DNA of 64,000 nt from Candidatus Latescibacterota bacterium (GCA_965208105.1 OZ242318.1:2720001-2784000), one strand, 5' to 3'; shown: positions 50,877 to 61,646, numbered from the stretch's first letter. Notes: generated by a model not told the origin, from the letters alone. Translations and numbers: made by a program.

Positions 50877-51119
50877 TGTGCCCTGCGGCAGGGCTCGGGA
50901 TGGGCGAATCCGGCGGCTTTCGCGCACTCGCTCGAGCCCCCCTGGCCGCGGCAGGCAGGCAAGCTCACCCGGTGGTGAAAGGCATGCCGCAATCCGGCCG
51001 AGGTCGTGTTGTGCCTGCCGCGGCGAAATGCTATACTGAGGCTCGAACCGGGGAGACGCCTCCTCCTCCCGGCCGCGGCAATTCCTGCAGGTACCCGCCC
51101 TTCTTCTACCGGAGATTCC

Positions 51120-54100
51120 ATGCGCTTCGCAATCGACGTGCATCTCCACTCGCGCTATGCCCGGGCCACCAGCCGTGACCTGAATCCGGAGAACCTGCAC
51201 AAGTGGTCGGCGCTCAAGGGGATCACCGTGGTAGGGACCGGGGATTACACCCATCCCGCGTGGTTCGCCGAGCTGCGGGAAAAGCTGGAGCCGGCCGAGG
51301 AGGGGCTTTTCAGACTCAAGCCGGAACTGAGCAGGTCCGTCGACGCCGGGTTGCCCCGCTCCTGCCGCGGGGAAGTGCGATTCATGCTCTCGGTGGAAAT
51401 CAGCTCGATCTACAAGAAAAACGGCCGCACCCGGAAGGTTCACAACGTGGTCATACTGCCTGGCTTCGAGGATGTGGAGAGGCTCAATGCCCGCCTCGGA
51501 GCCATCGGCAATCTCAACGCCGACGGACGCCCCATTCTGGGGCTGGACAGCCGCGACCTGCTCGAGATCTGCCTCGAGGTATGCCCCGGATTGCTCTTTA
51601 TCCCCGCCCACATCTGGACTCCGCATTTCGCAGCCCTGGGGGCAAGCTCGGGCTTCGACAGCCTGGAAGAGTGTTTCGAGGATCTGCTTCCTCACATCAT
51701 TGCCGTGGAAACCGGCCTTTCCTCCGATCCCCCCATGAACTGGCGGCTGTCGGCCCTGGATTCCTTTGCCATCGTATCCAACTCCGATGCCCACTCCCCG
51801 CAAAAACTGGGGCGCGAGGCCACCTGCTTCGACACCGAGCTCTCCTACCCGGCCATTCTCGCCGCCTTGAAATATCGCCACCTCCAGCGTTTCACCGGCA
51901 CCCTGGAATTCTACCCGGAAGAGGGAAAATACCACTACGACGGCCATCGCAACTGCTCGGTCCGCTGGAAACCTGCCCAGACCCTCGCCGCCGGAGGAAT
52001 CTGTCCCGGCTGCGGCCGCCGGTTGACCGTGGGGGTGCTGCACCGGGTCGAGCTGTTGGCCGATCGCCCCGAAGGCGCCCGCCCCGAGGGTGCCCGGGCT
52101 TGTGAGTATTTGATCCCCCTGGCCGAGGTCATCGGCGCAGCGGTGGGTGTGGGACCCCAGAGCAAGAAGGTAAGGGGCATCTACGAAAAACTCCTCGCGG
52201 CTCTGGGCCCGGAGCTGGAGATCCTGCGCTCGAGGCCGGTCGAGGCGATTGCCCGCTGTGACGAACCACTGGTGGCCGAGGGAGTGCGCCGCATGCGAAC
52301 CGGGGAGTTGGAGATTCTTCCCGGATACGACGGGGAGTACGGCACTATCCGGATTTTCAGCGACGATGAGCGCGGGCAGCTCAGTGGCCAGACCTTCCTG
52401 TTCGACCTTCCCGCGCCTTCCGCGGCGGAACCAGGCGAAGAAAAAAGCCCGGAGGCTCAAGTTGACGGGCAGAGTCCTGAAGCAGTATCGGTATCCCCGG
52501 GCAGAAATGAGCTCGACCACGGCCAGCAACTCGCCGTCGAGGCCGAGTGGGGCCCTCTGGTGGTGGCTGCGGGCCCCGGCTCCGGGAAGACCCTTACCCT
52601 GACCCGGCGCATCGCTCATTTGATCCGGGTAAGAGGAGTGAGTCCGGCACGGATCCTGGCCGTCACCTTTACCAGGCGGGCCGCAGCCGAGATGCGGGAA
52701 CGCCTCGCGGCTCTGCTGCCCGCCGCCCAGGACCTGGACCCTCTTTGCGTTGGAACCTTTCACAGGGTTGCCCTGGATCTGTTGAACGCCCATGGAAAAG
52801 GAGAGGAGAAGACCGTTGTGGACACCGTGGAGGCGCGCCGCATTCTCGCCACCGTCCTCGAGGATGAAGGTCTCAAGATGCGTCCCCGTGCGGCTCAGGA
52901 GGCCATCTCCCTGGCCAAGGCGGCGGGAGAGCTGCCGGCTGACGGCAGCCCGCGATTGCGCCGCGCATACAGTGCCTACCAGGAGCGATTGCGGGCCTAC
53001 CGGGCGCGGGACTACGACGATATCCTACTCGATCTCCTGGAATTGCTCGAGGCGGACAAACAGGTTCTGGAGGCGGTCCGGGACCGGTTCGTCCACCTTC
53101 TGGTCGACGAGTTTCAGGACGTCAACGCGGTCCAGTACAGGCTGGTACAGCTTCTGGCCGGCAGGGGTCAAAACCTGTTCGTCATCGGCGATCCGGACCA
53201 GGCCATATACGGATTCAGAGGCGCCGAGCCCCGCTACTTCGGTCGGTTGGAGGCCGACTTTTCCGCAGCCCGCTGCATCCATCTGAAATGCAACTACCGT
53301 CGTCCGGCTCCATCGTGAAAGCCGCCTCCGCCCTGCTCCGGCGTCCCGCCGCGCCTGTCCCCGGGCGCGGGGAAGGGATGCCGCTCCGCCTGATCTCCGT
53401 CCCCAGCGAGGTCGCCGAAGGCATTGCGGTCGTGCGCGAAATCGGCCGCATGGTGGGCGGCGCCGACATGGTGCAGTCCGACCGTCAGCAGGCGGCTGCC
53501 TCGCGGGCGCGCAGCTTCGGCGATTTCGGCGTGCTCCTGCGCACCGGACGCCAGGCCGAGGTGGTGGAGGAGTGCTTCCTTCAGGAGGGACTGCCATACC
53601 GGCTGGCCGGGCAAAAGAGCTTTCTCGAAGGCGAGAGCGTGCGCGCCGCTTTGGCCTTCAGCCGCTATGTCCTGCAGCCCCGGGCAGGACTGCGCCTGTT
53701 GCACGCCCTGGAGTGGCCGGCCTTTCACCCCGGAGCGGCGGCTTTGTCCGCACTGCGCCGGCAGGTGGGAGTGGTTTCAGCCTCGGAGCTGCTCCGCCAT
53801 CTGCAGGGTCCCGCGGAGAAAAAACGACGACTGCTGGAAGCCGCCGCGGCGCGCTTTCGCCCGATTGCCGCATCCGGAAGCCCTGCGGCATTCCTGCGGC
53901 GCTGGCAGGAGGAGTATGGTCCCGATGATGACGCCGACCTGGAACGGCTTATCCGAATCGCTGAAAACGCCCCGTCCCTGGAGCAGTTGCTGGACACGGT
54001 CCTGCTGGGGCTGGAGGCGGACTACGAGCGCAGCAGCGGACCCGATGCCCGCGGCGAGGCGGTGCAGCTGATGACCCTGCACGCGGCCAAAGGCCTGGAA

Positions 54101-54379
54101 TTTCCCGTAGTCTTCATCTGCGGGGTCGAGGACGGCCTCATTCCCTTCCGGGACAGGGAGGCGGATCTGGAAGAGGAGCGCCGGCTGTTCTACGTGGGGA
54201 TGACCAGGGCCCGGGAGGAAGTGGTGCTGCTGAAGACGCGCCGCCGAAAGCACCACGGCAGGACCCTGCAGCCCGAGGCCTCGCCGTTTCTGCAGCGGAT
54301 CCCCTCCCACCTGCTGAAAAAAGAGCAGGTGGAGTTTACCAGCCGACCGGACCGGGCTGAACAGTTGTCCCTGTTTTGA
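51120..54379 (+). pseudogene. Endonuclease Q (PHP domain)-UvrD/PcrA helicase fusion, frameshifted at ~53300 (real lesion or sequencing error)
   Basis: DVHLHSRYA, PAHIWTP, NSDAHS, GKYHYDGHR, CPGC; AGPGSGKT, VDEFQD, GDPDQAIYGFRG, NYR|S, TLHAAKGLEF, EERRLFYVGMTRA; adding one T (cgt-tcg) fuses the two ORFs. Confidence 0.82.
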
Positions 54380-54386
54380 CTGTTGT

Positions 54387-54553
54387 CTAGTGCCTGCTTG
54401 CGCAATTCCGCGTGAATTCGGCCGCCGCTGCATCCCGGCTCGCGGCGTTGCCCTCCCTCGCCGTACACTCCAGGTACGACTCGCTCAGGCGCCTTGCGAG
54501 CCGGGCGCTTCTGCGCCCTCGTTCGTACGCTTACTTACGCAAGCAGGCACTAG
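54387..54553. mobile_element. MITE-like non-autonomous element, copy 2
   Basis: TIR ctagtgcctgcttgcg / cgcaagcaggcactag; core homologous to 4008-4175. Confidence 0.75.
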
Positions 54554-54598
54554 TCCGACCCCCCGCCCGGACATTGCCAGCGCATGGTCCAATTGCCT

Positions 54599-56548
54599 TT
54601 ACCCCGCGGGCCCGGGGTTCAGCAAATTGGCGATATGCACCGCCTGGAACAGGGTGGCCGGCTCCAACTGGGTGCGCAGGGCCCGCTTCCTGGGCAGCAG
54701 GGTGGTCTCGGCCAGCATGGGAGGACAGACCACGACCTCGACCAGACCGGGATTGATGTTCTTGTTGCCCCGGGGGCATTTGGGCCACAGCGAATGGATA
54801 CCGCGGAAAACTATCGGGATGATTACCACATCCTGGGGCAGGTAGGCGAAAAGGGCGTGCTGCATGGGCAGGCACTGGAGCTCAAAGGCGGAGGTGGTCC
54901 CGGCTCCGTAGATCACCCCCGGCCGTTCATCCAGCAATCGCGCAAAGCGCTGGATGGGGTTGCCGGCGTCCGAGGAGCGGTCCGCGATTACATAGCCGTC
55001 CACCTCCTCAAGAAGGCGATCGGCCATTTCAGGAGGAACGCCGATGAGGGAGAACTGCCTTGAACCAATCTTGAAGCTGGTCGGGTCCATCAGCCGGGAA
55101 CGGGAAAAAAACACGCAAGGAACCGGTTGTTCCCAGCCCATGGCCGCCAACATCTCCCGGGATTGCATGACATGGTACATGACCGGGTGGTCCAGGAGGC
55201 TCTGGTGGGTAGGAAGAAAGATGATTTTGCGTTTCGTCCCCCGCAGGTCCAATTCCGCGGCAATGGAGGAGAAGAGAGGATCGACGAGGGTCTTCACCTG
55301 GATGCCGAAAATTTCCAGGGTTCGCAGGCCCCACTCGGTGTTGTTCTCCCACGCTGCCTGCAGGCGTCGTTCCTTGTCGAGTCCGGCGCGGTGCAGCTGT
55401 GTCTTGCGCTGGCCGGTCCTGCGGAACAGCTGGACCCAGCGAAGCAGCCTGAGCCTCCGCTGCCAGGAAGAAAACCGCCTGCTACGGCCCACGTGCGGAT
55501 ACTCCACGAACCGCCCTTTGAACCCTCCACGCAGAAGAGCAGGCACTTCGACCAACTGCACCTCGTCGCCGTCGATCCCCCGGGCGCGGCGGCGCAGCGC
55601 ATTGGCGCGATCGATGAGCTTCAAGGTCAAATCGATCATGTCCCGGGTCAGATAGCTGTACTCCTGTCCGTACCAGTAGTCCTTGGGCCTGATCTGGGCG
55701 GGATCTTCAAGATGGGCCTGGAAGAACTTGAGCAGCATTGCCTGGTCCAGGCGCAGGTACCGTAGCAGGGTGTCGTGCCAGCGGCGGCGCATCCGGCCGC
55801 GCAGCTGGGCCAGAAGGAGCTCTATCTCGGTGACCGCCTTCCAGATAGAAATGCCGAACCAGATGAAGTTGTTGAAAGTATTGTAGCGAATGGCGAGGTG
55901 TTCACCGGCGGAGAGAAAGTCCACGACGCGTTCGGCCTGCCGGCTGAGGATTTGGCGCAGCGGCTCCGAGCGGGGACGTCCATCGCCGGAGCAGGTATAG
56001 ACCTGATCCCAGCAGGGATCGTCGTCCTCCGGATCCCTGCGGATCTTCCCTGCTACGGACTGGGCGTGTGACAAGGGGACCCGGGCGACCCGCAGTTGTA
56101 CGAGGGCGGCCTCGCCGGCATCGAGAGCGTAGGGTTCCTCCCGGCCCAGGGCGTCGAGATAGACCTTCTGGTACAACTGCAAGAAATCCTCTTCGCAGCC
56201 TGCCCCCCGTTCAAGAAACTGGGCGCGAACCTGCAGATAGCCGCGGTTGGCCTCGTGGTAGGCGGAAACGGTGCGGGAGTAGCCGGCGTAGGCCTCCTGC
56301 AGCCGGCTGTCGCGACGCGCCGGGATTCCCTGGTAGATATGCCCGATCAGCTCGGCGCGTTTGCCGAGCTCCGCCGCATCGAGAACGGACCCGTCTCGAT
56401 TGCTGGCAGGCCAATCCAGTGCCCCCCCCTCCCAGCCTTCGAAGTGTCCGTCCTTGCCCGCCACCTCGAGCAGTTGGCCGGCAGCCTCGTCGTACCTGGT
56501 CAACAACTCATTTAAATCAACGCCGTCCAGCAACTCGTCGATATTCAA
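54599..56548 (-). CDS. Hypothetical protein with a C-terminal PlsC-like acyltransferase domain
   Basis: PTHQSLLDH (HxxxxD), IYGAGT, VIIPIVFRG, VEVVVCPP; long helical N-terminus unrecognised; TTG start after GAGG. Confidence 0.65.
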   Translation of the reverse strand: MNIDELLDGVDLNELLTRYDEAAGQLLEVAGKDGHFEGWEGGALDWPASNRDGSVLDAAELGKRAELIGHIYQGIPARRDSRLQEAYAGYSRTVSAYHEANRGYLQVRAQFLERGAGCEEDFLQLYQKVYLDALGREEPYALDAGEAALVQLRVARVPLSHAQSVAGKIRRDPEDDDPCWDQVYTCSGDGRPRSEPLRQILSRQAERVVDFLSAGEHLAIRYNTFNNFIWFGISIWKAVTEIELLLAQLRGRMRRRWHDTLLRYLRLDQAMLLKFFQAHLEDPAQIRPKDYWYGQEYSYLTRDMIDLTLKLIDRANALRRRARGIDGDEVQLVEVPALLRGGFKGRFVEYPHVGRSRRFSSWQRRLRLLRWVQLFRRTGQRKTQLHRAGLDKERRLQAAWENNTEWGLRTLEIFGIQVKTLVDPLFSSIAAELDLRGTKRKIIFLPTHQSLLDHPVMYHVMQSREMLAAMGWEQPVPCVFFSRSRLMDPTSFKIGSRQFSLIGVPPEMADRLLEEVDGYVIADRSSDAGNPIQRFARLLDERPGVIYGAGTTSAFELQCLPMQHALFAYLPQDVVIIPIVFRGIHSLWPKCPRGNKNINPGLVEVVVCPPMLAETTLLPRKRALRTQLEPATLFQAVHIANLLNPGPAG

Positions 56549-56568
56549 TTAAGCCTCAGGTGGATTTG

Positions 56569-56937
56569 TCAGGATCGGCTGCGCCGGGCGAGGACGAAGG
56601 AGCGGATGCTCAGGGCAATGAAGATGGCGCACAAGAGGGCCATGAGGGCCTGGACGACGGTGGCGGCGGGACGCTCCACGGCGCCGCCGCCAAGCAGGAC
56701 AAAGGCATCATACAGTCCCGAGGCCGTGCCCAGAAACCCGATCAGGGCGAGCACGGCGGCGACATGCATGGAATGTTTGCGCAGATGGTCCTTGTGCCCC
56801 AGGAACCCCAACACCAGAAGGGGAATGCCGAAGAATGCAGGAATGAGGGCGGTCGCGCTGCTGCGCCCGGTGCCGAAATAGGCAGCCAGCCCCAGGAGGA
56901 TGAGCAAAATGCCGAGGGCCGCGGTAGTTCTGGGCAT
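56569..56937 (-). CDS. Small 4-TM membrane protein
   Basis: TALIPAFFG, KHSMHVAAVLALIG, IRSFVLARR. Confidence 0.72.
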   Translation of the reverse strand: MPRTTAALGILLILLGLAAYFGTGRSSATALIPAFFGIPLLVLGFLGHKDHLRKHSMHVAAVLALIGFLGTASGLYDAFVLLGGGAVERPAATVVQALMALLCAIFIALSIRSFVLARRSRS

Positions 56938-57315
56938 GGGCAGGAAACTCCAGTTGGAATGAGTTGTAGACGAAAGGACCCGGTTGGGATGAATATGATG
57001 TGGCTGAATGTTAGGGGCAAGCCCGCTGAGTGCCTGTCCCCGCCGTCTATCCTGCAGCGACGCTCTCCATTTTCTTCTCCCCGATTCGGTGCGCCGACTG
57101 CGGCCGCAGGCTCGAGAGGAACCCCATGGCGGGCACTTGCGCAACTTCCCTGCATTTGCGCAATTTTAATTCATCCCGTTCGCTGGTCGGGGGCCCTTCT
57201 GCCCCGACTGCGGGGTGCCTGCCCTGCCCCAAACCGAAACCCGGGACCGGCTTCCGGCGGTTGTCCCGGCCTTCGAACCGCCGGCACCTTCCCTTCACCT
57301 GACTTGCAGGCTCCC

Positions 57316-57684
57316 ATGGAGCTCAGACAGCAGATCGAGAAATGGCGCGAGAAGTTGCGCGCCGGTACCCTAACCGACAGTGACTTCCGGGAGTACCTGC
57401 AAGCCCTGAACCGCGACTGCTCCAGTGCCCGGCAACGACTGCTCTACCTGCAGACCGGCACAACCGGCGTCGACTCCGAAGTGCTCGGCATGTCCATGGT
57501 GGAGGACGGCCAGGTGATAGAGGGGCCGGCCGATGCCGGGGAGTGGCCCTACAAGTCGGTGATGGAGGCCATGCAGGACGGCTGGCGCGTGGTCAAGTTT
57601 CCGGAGATGGCCCTGCTTCTCCAGGAAAACGCCACCATCGGATTCGGCTGTGAGTTCATCCTCGAGAAGTGGGTGCCGATATGA
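57316..57684 (+). CDS. Hypothetical protein
   Basis: MELRQQ..RQRLLYL..WPYKSVMEAMQDGWRVVKFP..EFILEK; ATGA overlap with the PhyH gene. Confidence 0.7.
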   Translation: MELRQQIEKWREKLRAGTLTDSDFREYLQALNRDCSSARQRLLYLQTGTTGVDSEVLGMSMVEDGQVIEGPADAGEWPYKSVMEAMQDGWRVVKFPEMALLLQENATIGFGCEFILEKWVPI

Positions 57685-58574
57685 CGAAAACTGCCCTGAC
57701 CTCATCCAGGTACGGCCCGACCTACGACTGCGAACCCATCCTGAACGACGAGCAGGTCCTCGAATTCTGCCGTCAGGGGTATCTGGTGCTGGAAGGCGTG
57801 GTGGAGAAGGAGATCAACGACCGCATGATGGCCTTCATCGACGGGCACCCGGGGCACCAACCGCTGGAGATACTGGACGAGGAGTGGTTCGTGGAGGGTA
57901 TCATCAAGAATCCACAAGCTGCCGGGGCGGTTCGCAGTCTCCTCGGCAGGAACTTCGCCCTCCCCACCAACATGTGCAACCACCGGGTCCAGTGCCCGGC
58001 CCCGGCGCAGGGATGGCACCGGGACGGCGGCTCCATATACACGCCGCGGCTGGACTACCTGCAGGTCTTCTACTATCCCCAGGATACCCCGCTCGAACTC
58101 GGGCCCACCGAGCTGATCCCCGGATCCCACTTCATGCGCGGCAAATCCAACTACATGGGACACGTTCGCAACGTCAAAGTGGCGGTGTCCTCCGCCGCCC
58201 CGGCCGGATCCATCTTCGTCACCGTCTACTCCATCTGGCACCGCAAAGGCAAGAGCACCGCCTCCGGCTATCGCAACCTCATCAAGTACAACTACTGGCG
58301 CACCACCGACCCGCGCCGCGACTGGATCGTCGATCCCGACTACAGCTTCTCCTGGCCCGGCATGTCCCACCATCCCCACTTCGAGCAATTCAGGTGCGGC
58401 ATCGCTGCGGCGGAGATGTTCTGCTGGTTGAGCGGCGAGACCTACGAACACGTGGGGGGGCAGTGCTGGCCATGCGAATCCCCGGCCAGGCCCCGCTGCG
58501 AGCAGGAGGGGCTGCCGCCGGGGTTGAGCCGGTCGAACTCCCCTGCCGCGAGGAGCCGCCCGGCGGCGAAATGA
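57681..58574 (+). CDS. Phytanoyl-CoA dioxygenase (PhyH) family protein
   Basis: QGYLVLEGV, WHRD, GPTELIPGSH, AGS..IWH. Confidence 0.87.
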   Translation: MTKTALTSSRYGPTYDCEPILNDEQVLEFCRQGYLVLEGVVEKEINDRMMAFIDGHPGHQPLEILDEEWFVEGIIKNPQAAGAVRSLLGRNFALPTNMCNHRVQCPAPAQGWHRDGGSIYTPRLDYLQVFYYPQDTPLELGPTELIPGSHFMRGKSNYMGHVRNVKVAVSSAAPAGSIFVTVYSIWHRKGKSTASGYRNLIKYNYWRTTDPRRDWIVDPDYSFSWPGMSHHPHFEQFRCGIAAAEMFCWLSGETYEHVGGQCWPCESPARPRCEQEGLPPGLSRSNSPAARSRPAAK

Positions 58575-58930
58575 ATCGAAAAAGCGAAACCTGCTACGGA
58601 AAGAAGACGAACAGGCCCCTTGCCGAGTACGATTCGCGGTCCGATGCGCTCGAAGGCGCTGAGTACGCCAGGAGGAACTACCGCCAGAACCTCGTTCCCT
58701 ACCAATGCGGCGAGTGTGGGTTCTGGCACCTGTCTCCGTCGGACCGGCAGACCCCCAGCACGAAGTGTCCCCACTGCATCGGCGCCGATGGCCGGGCCAA
58801 GGACTCCTACCGGACCGAGGGACAGGCGCGGCGGCGGGCAGACATTCTGCAACGGGAGCAGGACGTGGCCTTGAAGGTCTACCCCTGTCAGTACGGCAAC
58901 GGCTGGCACCTGACGCGAAGCTACCGTTGA
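58571..58930 (+). CDS. Small Cys/His-rich protein with two internal repeats (putative tandem zinc fingers)
   Basis: YQCGECGFWHLS and YPCQYGNGWHLT, each preceded by C..K..Y...A; ATGA overlap. Confidence 0.65.
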   Translation: MNRKSETCYGKKTNRPLAEYDSRSDALEGAEYARRNYRQNLVPYQCGECGFWHLSPSDRQTPSTKCPHCIGADGRAKDSYRTEGQARRRADILQREQDVALKVYPCQYGNGWHLTRSYR

Positions 58931-58990
58931 CGGCGTTTTTTTCGATCAGTCCCTCTCAATCCCACCTTTCATTTGCTGCCTGCCGTTCCC

Positions 58991-59770
58991 CTATCTTCCT
59001 CCGATGTCCGCAGGTAAATCCACTTTCTCGCCCTTCTTCAGAAAGGGATCGGCAAATCCTCTGAGGTCCCTGCCGTCCTCGGTCATGATGGGGTAGGACG
59101 AATACTGCGCCAGGTAGACGCGGCGCATGCGCTCCGATGTGTTGGTGCCGCTGCGGTGGAAGTTGACGCTGGAAAAGACCACTATGCTGCCGGCCGGCAC
59201 GACGGCCGCCACTCCGGGATCATCGCCTTCGTATCCCACGAGGTCGCCGCTGGCTTCTTCAGGAGCGTGGGGCTGGCGCCGGCGCGTTCCCGCCCGGGAA
59301 TACGGCAGGATGTAGACGGTGCCGTTCTCCTCGCTCATATCGTCCAGGGCGCACCAGCAGCTCAGGTAAGGCTCGTGGTCGTATCCCAGGTAGCCCGAGT
59401 CCTGATGCCAGGCGAAGGGCATGCCGACTTCGGCGCCCTTTACGACGAACTGCTCGTAGAACAGGTAGACCTCGTCTCCGAGAATTGCCCGGGCGATGGC
59501 GGCCATCAGATCGCTGAAGAGAAACTCGTGCAGGCGCCTGCTCTCCTTGTAGCGCCGCGAGACGAAGTAGCGCTTGTTGCGGTGGCTGAGGTTGAGCTTC
59601 TCGGCGCCTTCCCGGCCCATTTCCCGCTCCAGCAAATCGATGAAGTACTTGCACTCGTCGCGCAGGAGCCGCAGGTGATCGTCGGAGATCACACTCTCGA
59701 GGAAGAAAAATCCTTCGGTTCGGTACTGCTCCTTCTGGGATTCGCTGATCTGAACCTGCCCATTGGTCAT
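58991..59770 (-). CDS. Phytanoyl-CoA dioxygenase (PhyH) family protein
   Basis: FAWHQDSGY, WCALDD..ENG, PAGSIVVFSS..FHRSGTN..RR; ATG 59770 after AGGAG. Confidence 0.9.
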   Translation of the reverse strand: MTNGQVQISESQKEQYRTEGFFFLESVISDDHLRLLRDECKYFIDLLEREMGREGAEKLNLSHRNKRYFVSRRYKESRRLHEFLFSDLMAAIARAILGDEVYLFYEQFVVKGAEVGMPFAWHQDSGYLGYDHEPYLSCWCALDDMSEENGTVYILPYSRAGTRRRQPHAPEEASGDLVGYEGDDPGVAAVVPAGSIVVFSSVNFHRSGTNTSERMRRVYLAQYSSYPIMTEDGRDLRGFADPFLKKGEKVDLPADIGGR

Positions 59771-60052
59771 CTTTGCTTCTCCTCCTGCTCTCCCTGGCGG
59801 CATCCGCTCCCCCGGGAACCAATTCCTGCCTTTGGCGTCTGGCGATTGTCCTAAGTTACTAAACCATTCAGCCCACTCAAAACGGCAAGACTCCCGCGCG
59901 ACCGATCCCTCCCGGGCGCGGCAGGCGGGCGATGAATCCGCAGTCCTGCTTGTCGAACCGGGCGGCAAAGGCGTTTTTTCTATCGTGGTGGATGCAACAT
60001 TGATCGGGTACGGCCTGCGCAGAGTCCGGTCTACTTCCGGACGGTTTCGGCG

Positions 60053-60955
60053 ATGCGCATAGGAATCAGGTGGCTGTGTGCATCGCTGGTGGTGCTCGCG
60101 GCGGCGGTCTACGCCTTCCTGGCCATCCGCTCCGAGCCCCTCCCTTCTCATCCTTTTTTCTCCGAGGACGAGGTATTGGTCATGGCGCATCGGGGAGGCC
60201 AGGGTCTGTGGCCGGAAAACACCCTGTTCGCCTTCGAGCGCGCCGCGGAGCTTGGAGCGGACGTGCTGGACATGGACGTGCGCAGCACCGCGGACGGCGT
60301 CCTGGTGGCAATCCACGACAGCAGGGTTGATCGCACCACCAATGGAAGAGGGGATGTCGGGGAGTTGACCCTCGCCCAGCTGAAGACCCTCGACGCAGGC
60401 AGCAGGTGGACCGCGGACCGGGGGGAAAGTTTCCCTTTCCGCGGACGGGGAATCACCGTGCCTGCGCTGGAAGAGGTGTTCAGGTCATTCCCGCAGTTGC
60501 GCCTGAGCATGGAGATCAAGCAGAAGGAGCCCTCCATCGCCGCTTCCCTTTGCTCCCTGGTGCGCGCATATGACCTGAGCGACCGGGTACTGGTGAGTTC
60601 CTTCAGCGCCGAGGCCATGGAGGTTTTCCGCGCGGCCTGTCCGGAGGTCGCCACGTCCGCCGCGGCAAGCGAAGCCCTGTTGTTCTGGGTGCTGAGCCGC
60701 CTGTTCCTGGACGCGACCTATCAGCCTGCAGCCCAGGTCCTTCAGGTCCCCGAGCACCTGGGATGGCTGGACGTGGTCGACAGGCGCTTCATCAGCATGG
60801 CCCGCGCCCACAACATGAAGGTCTGCGTCTGGACCGTAGACGAGACCGAGGATATGCGGCGCCTCCTGCGCCTGGGCGTGGACGGGGTGAATACCTCACA
60901 TCCCGACCGCCTGCTGGGCATGCTCGGAGCTATGCATGGCCGAAACGATGAATGA
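60053..60955 (+). CDS. Glycerophosphodiester phosphodiesterase
   Basis: AHRGG..PENTLFAF, DVRSTADG..IHD..VDRTT, MEIK, VWTVD, GVDG. Confidence 0.92.
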   Translation: MRIGIRWLCASLVVLAAAVYAFLAIRSEPLPSHPFFSEDEVLVMAHRGGQGLWPENTLFAFERAAELGADVLDMDVRSTADGVLVAIHDSRVDRTTNGRGDVGELTLAQLKTLDAGSRWTADRGESFPFRGRGITVPALEEVFRSFPQLRLSMEIKQKEPSIAASLCSLVRAYDLSDRVLVSSFSAEAMEVFRAACPEVATSAAASEALLFWVLSRLFLDATYQPAAQVLQVPEHLGWLDVVDRRFISMARAHNMKVCVWTVDETEDMRRLLRLGVDGVNTSHPDRLLGMLGAMHGRNDE

Positions 60956-61646
60956 GATAATCCTGGACGTGCACAATCTATCGAAGACTTACCGCAGCGG
61001 TGAGCTCTCTCTGACCGTTCTGAATGGGGTGAGCTTTGCGGTCGAGGAGGGCACTACCTGCGCAATAATCGGCCCCTCCGGCAGCGGCAAGACCACCCTC
61101 CTGGGCCTATGCGCCGGCCTCGATCAGGCCACCTCGGGATCGGTGGTGCTCGGCGGCACCTGCCTGAACGCCCTCGGCGAAGATGAACGCGCTGAAGTTC
61201 GCAACCGGCAGGTCGGGTTCGTCTTTCAGAACTTTCAGCTAATTCCCACCCTGAGCGCCCTGGAAAACGCGATGGTCCCTCTCGAGCTGCGCGGAGACGG
61301 GAATCCGCGCGGCATGGCGGTTGAGTTCCTGGAGAGGGTCGGTCTGGGGGACCGCCTGCACCACTATCCGATACAGCTCTCGGGAGGCGAACAGCAGCGC
61401 GTGGCCCTGGCCCGTGCTTTCGTCAACCGGCCCCGGATACTGTTCGTCGACGAGCCCACCGGCAACCTGGATGCCGCTACCAGCAGCCGGGTGGAGGACC
61501 TCCTCTTCTCCCTGAACAAGGAGGCGGGAACCACACTGCTTCTGGTGACCCACAATCTCGAGCTTGCCCGCCGGACCCGGCGCATCATTCGACTCCGGGC
61601 GGGAAAGGTCGAGGAAGATGTCCTTCAGGCAGGCCAGGGAGGTTGA
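60948..61646 (+). CDS. ABC transporter ATP-binding protein (YbbA/LolD-like)
   Basis: GPSGSGKT, LSGGEQQRVALARA, DEPTGNLD; start 60936 or 60948. Confidence 0.93.
   Translation: MNEIILDVHNLSKTYRSGELSLTVLNGVSFAVEEGTTCAIIGPSGSGKTTLLGLCAGLDQATSGSVVLGGTCLNALGEDERAEVRNRQVGFVFQNFQLIPTLSALENAMVPLELRGDGNPRGMAVEFLERVGLGDRLHHYPIQLSGGEQQRVALARAFVNRPRILFVDEPTGNLDAATSSRVEDLLFSLNKEAGTTLLLVTHNLELARRTRRIIRLRAGKVEEDVLQAGQGG

Noticed and set aside
50856-52793. Long antisense or alternative-frame ORFs (also 14928-16508, 37246-38844, 47361-48935, 32835-34226, and the N-terminal extensions of 56068-57684, 57650-58930 and 58991-60316)
   Set aside because: They overlap well-supported genes, lack motifs and are expected shadows in high-GC DNA.
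56940-57310. Possible riboswitch or ncRNA in GC-rich intergenic hairpins (also 4180-4350 and 38960-39075)
   Set aside because: I could not match any known riboswitch or ncRNA consensus; an Rfam/Infernal scan would be needed.
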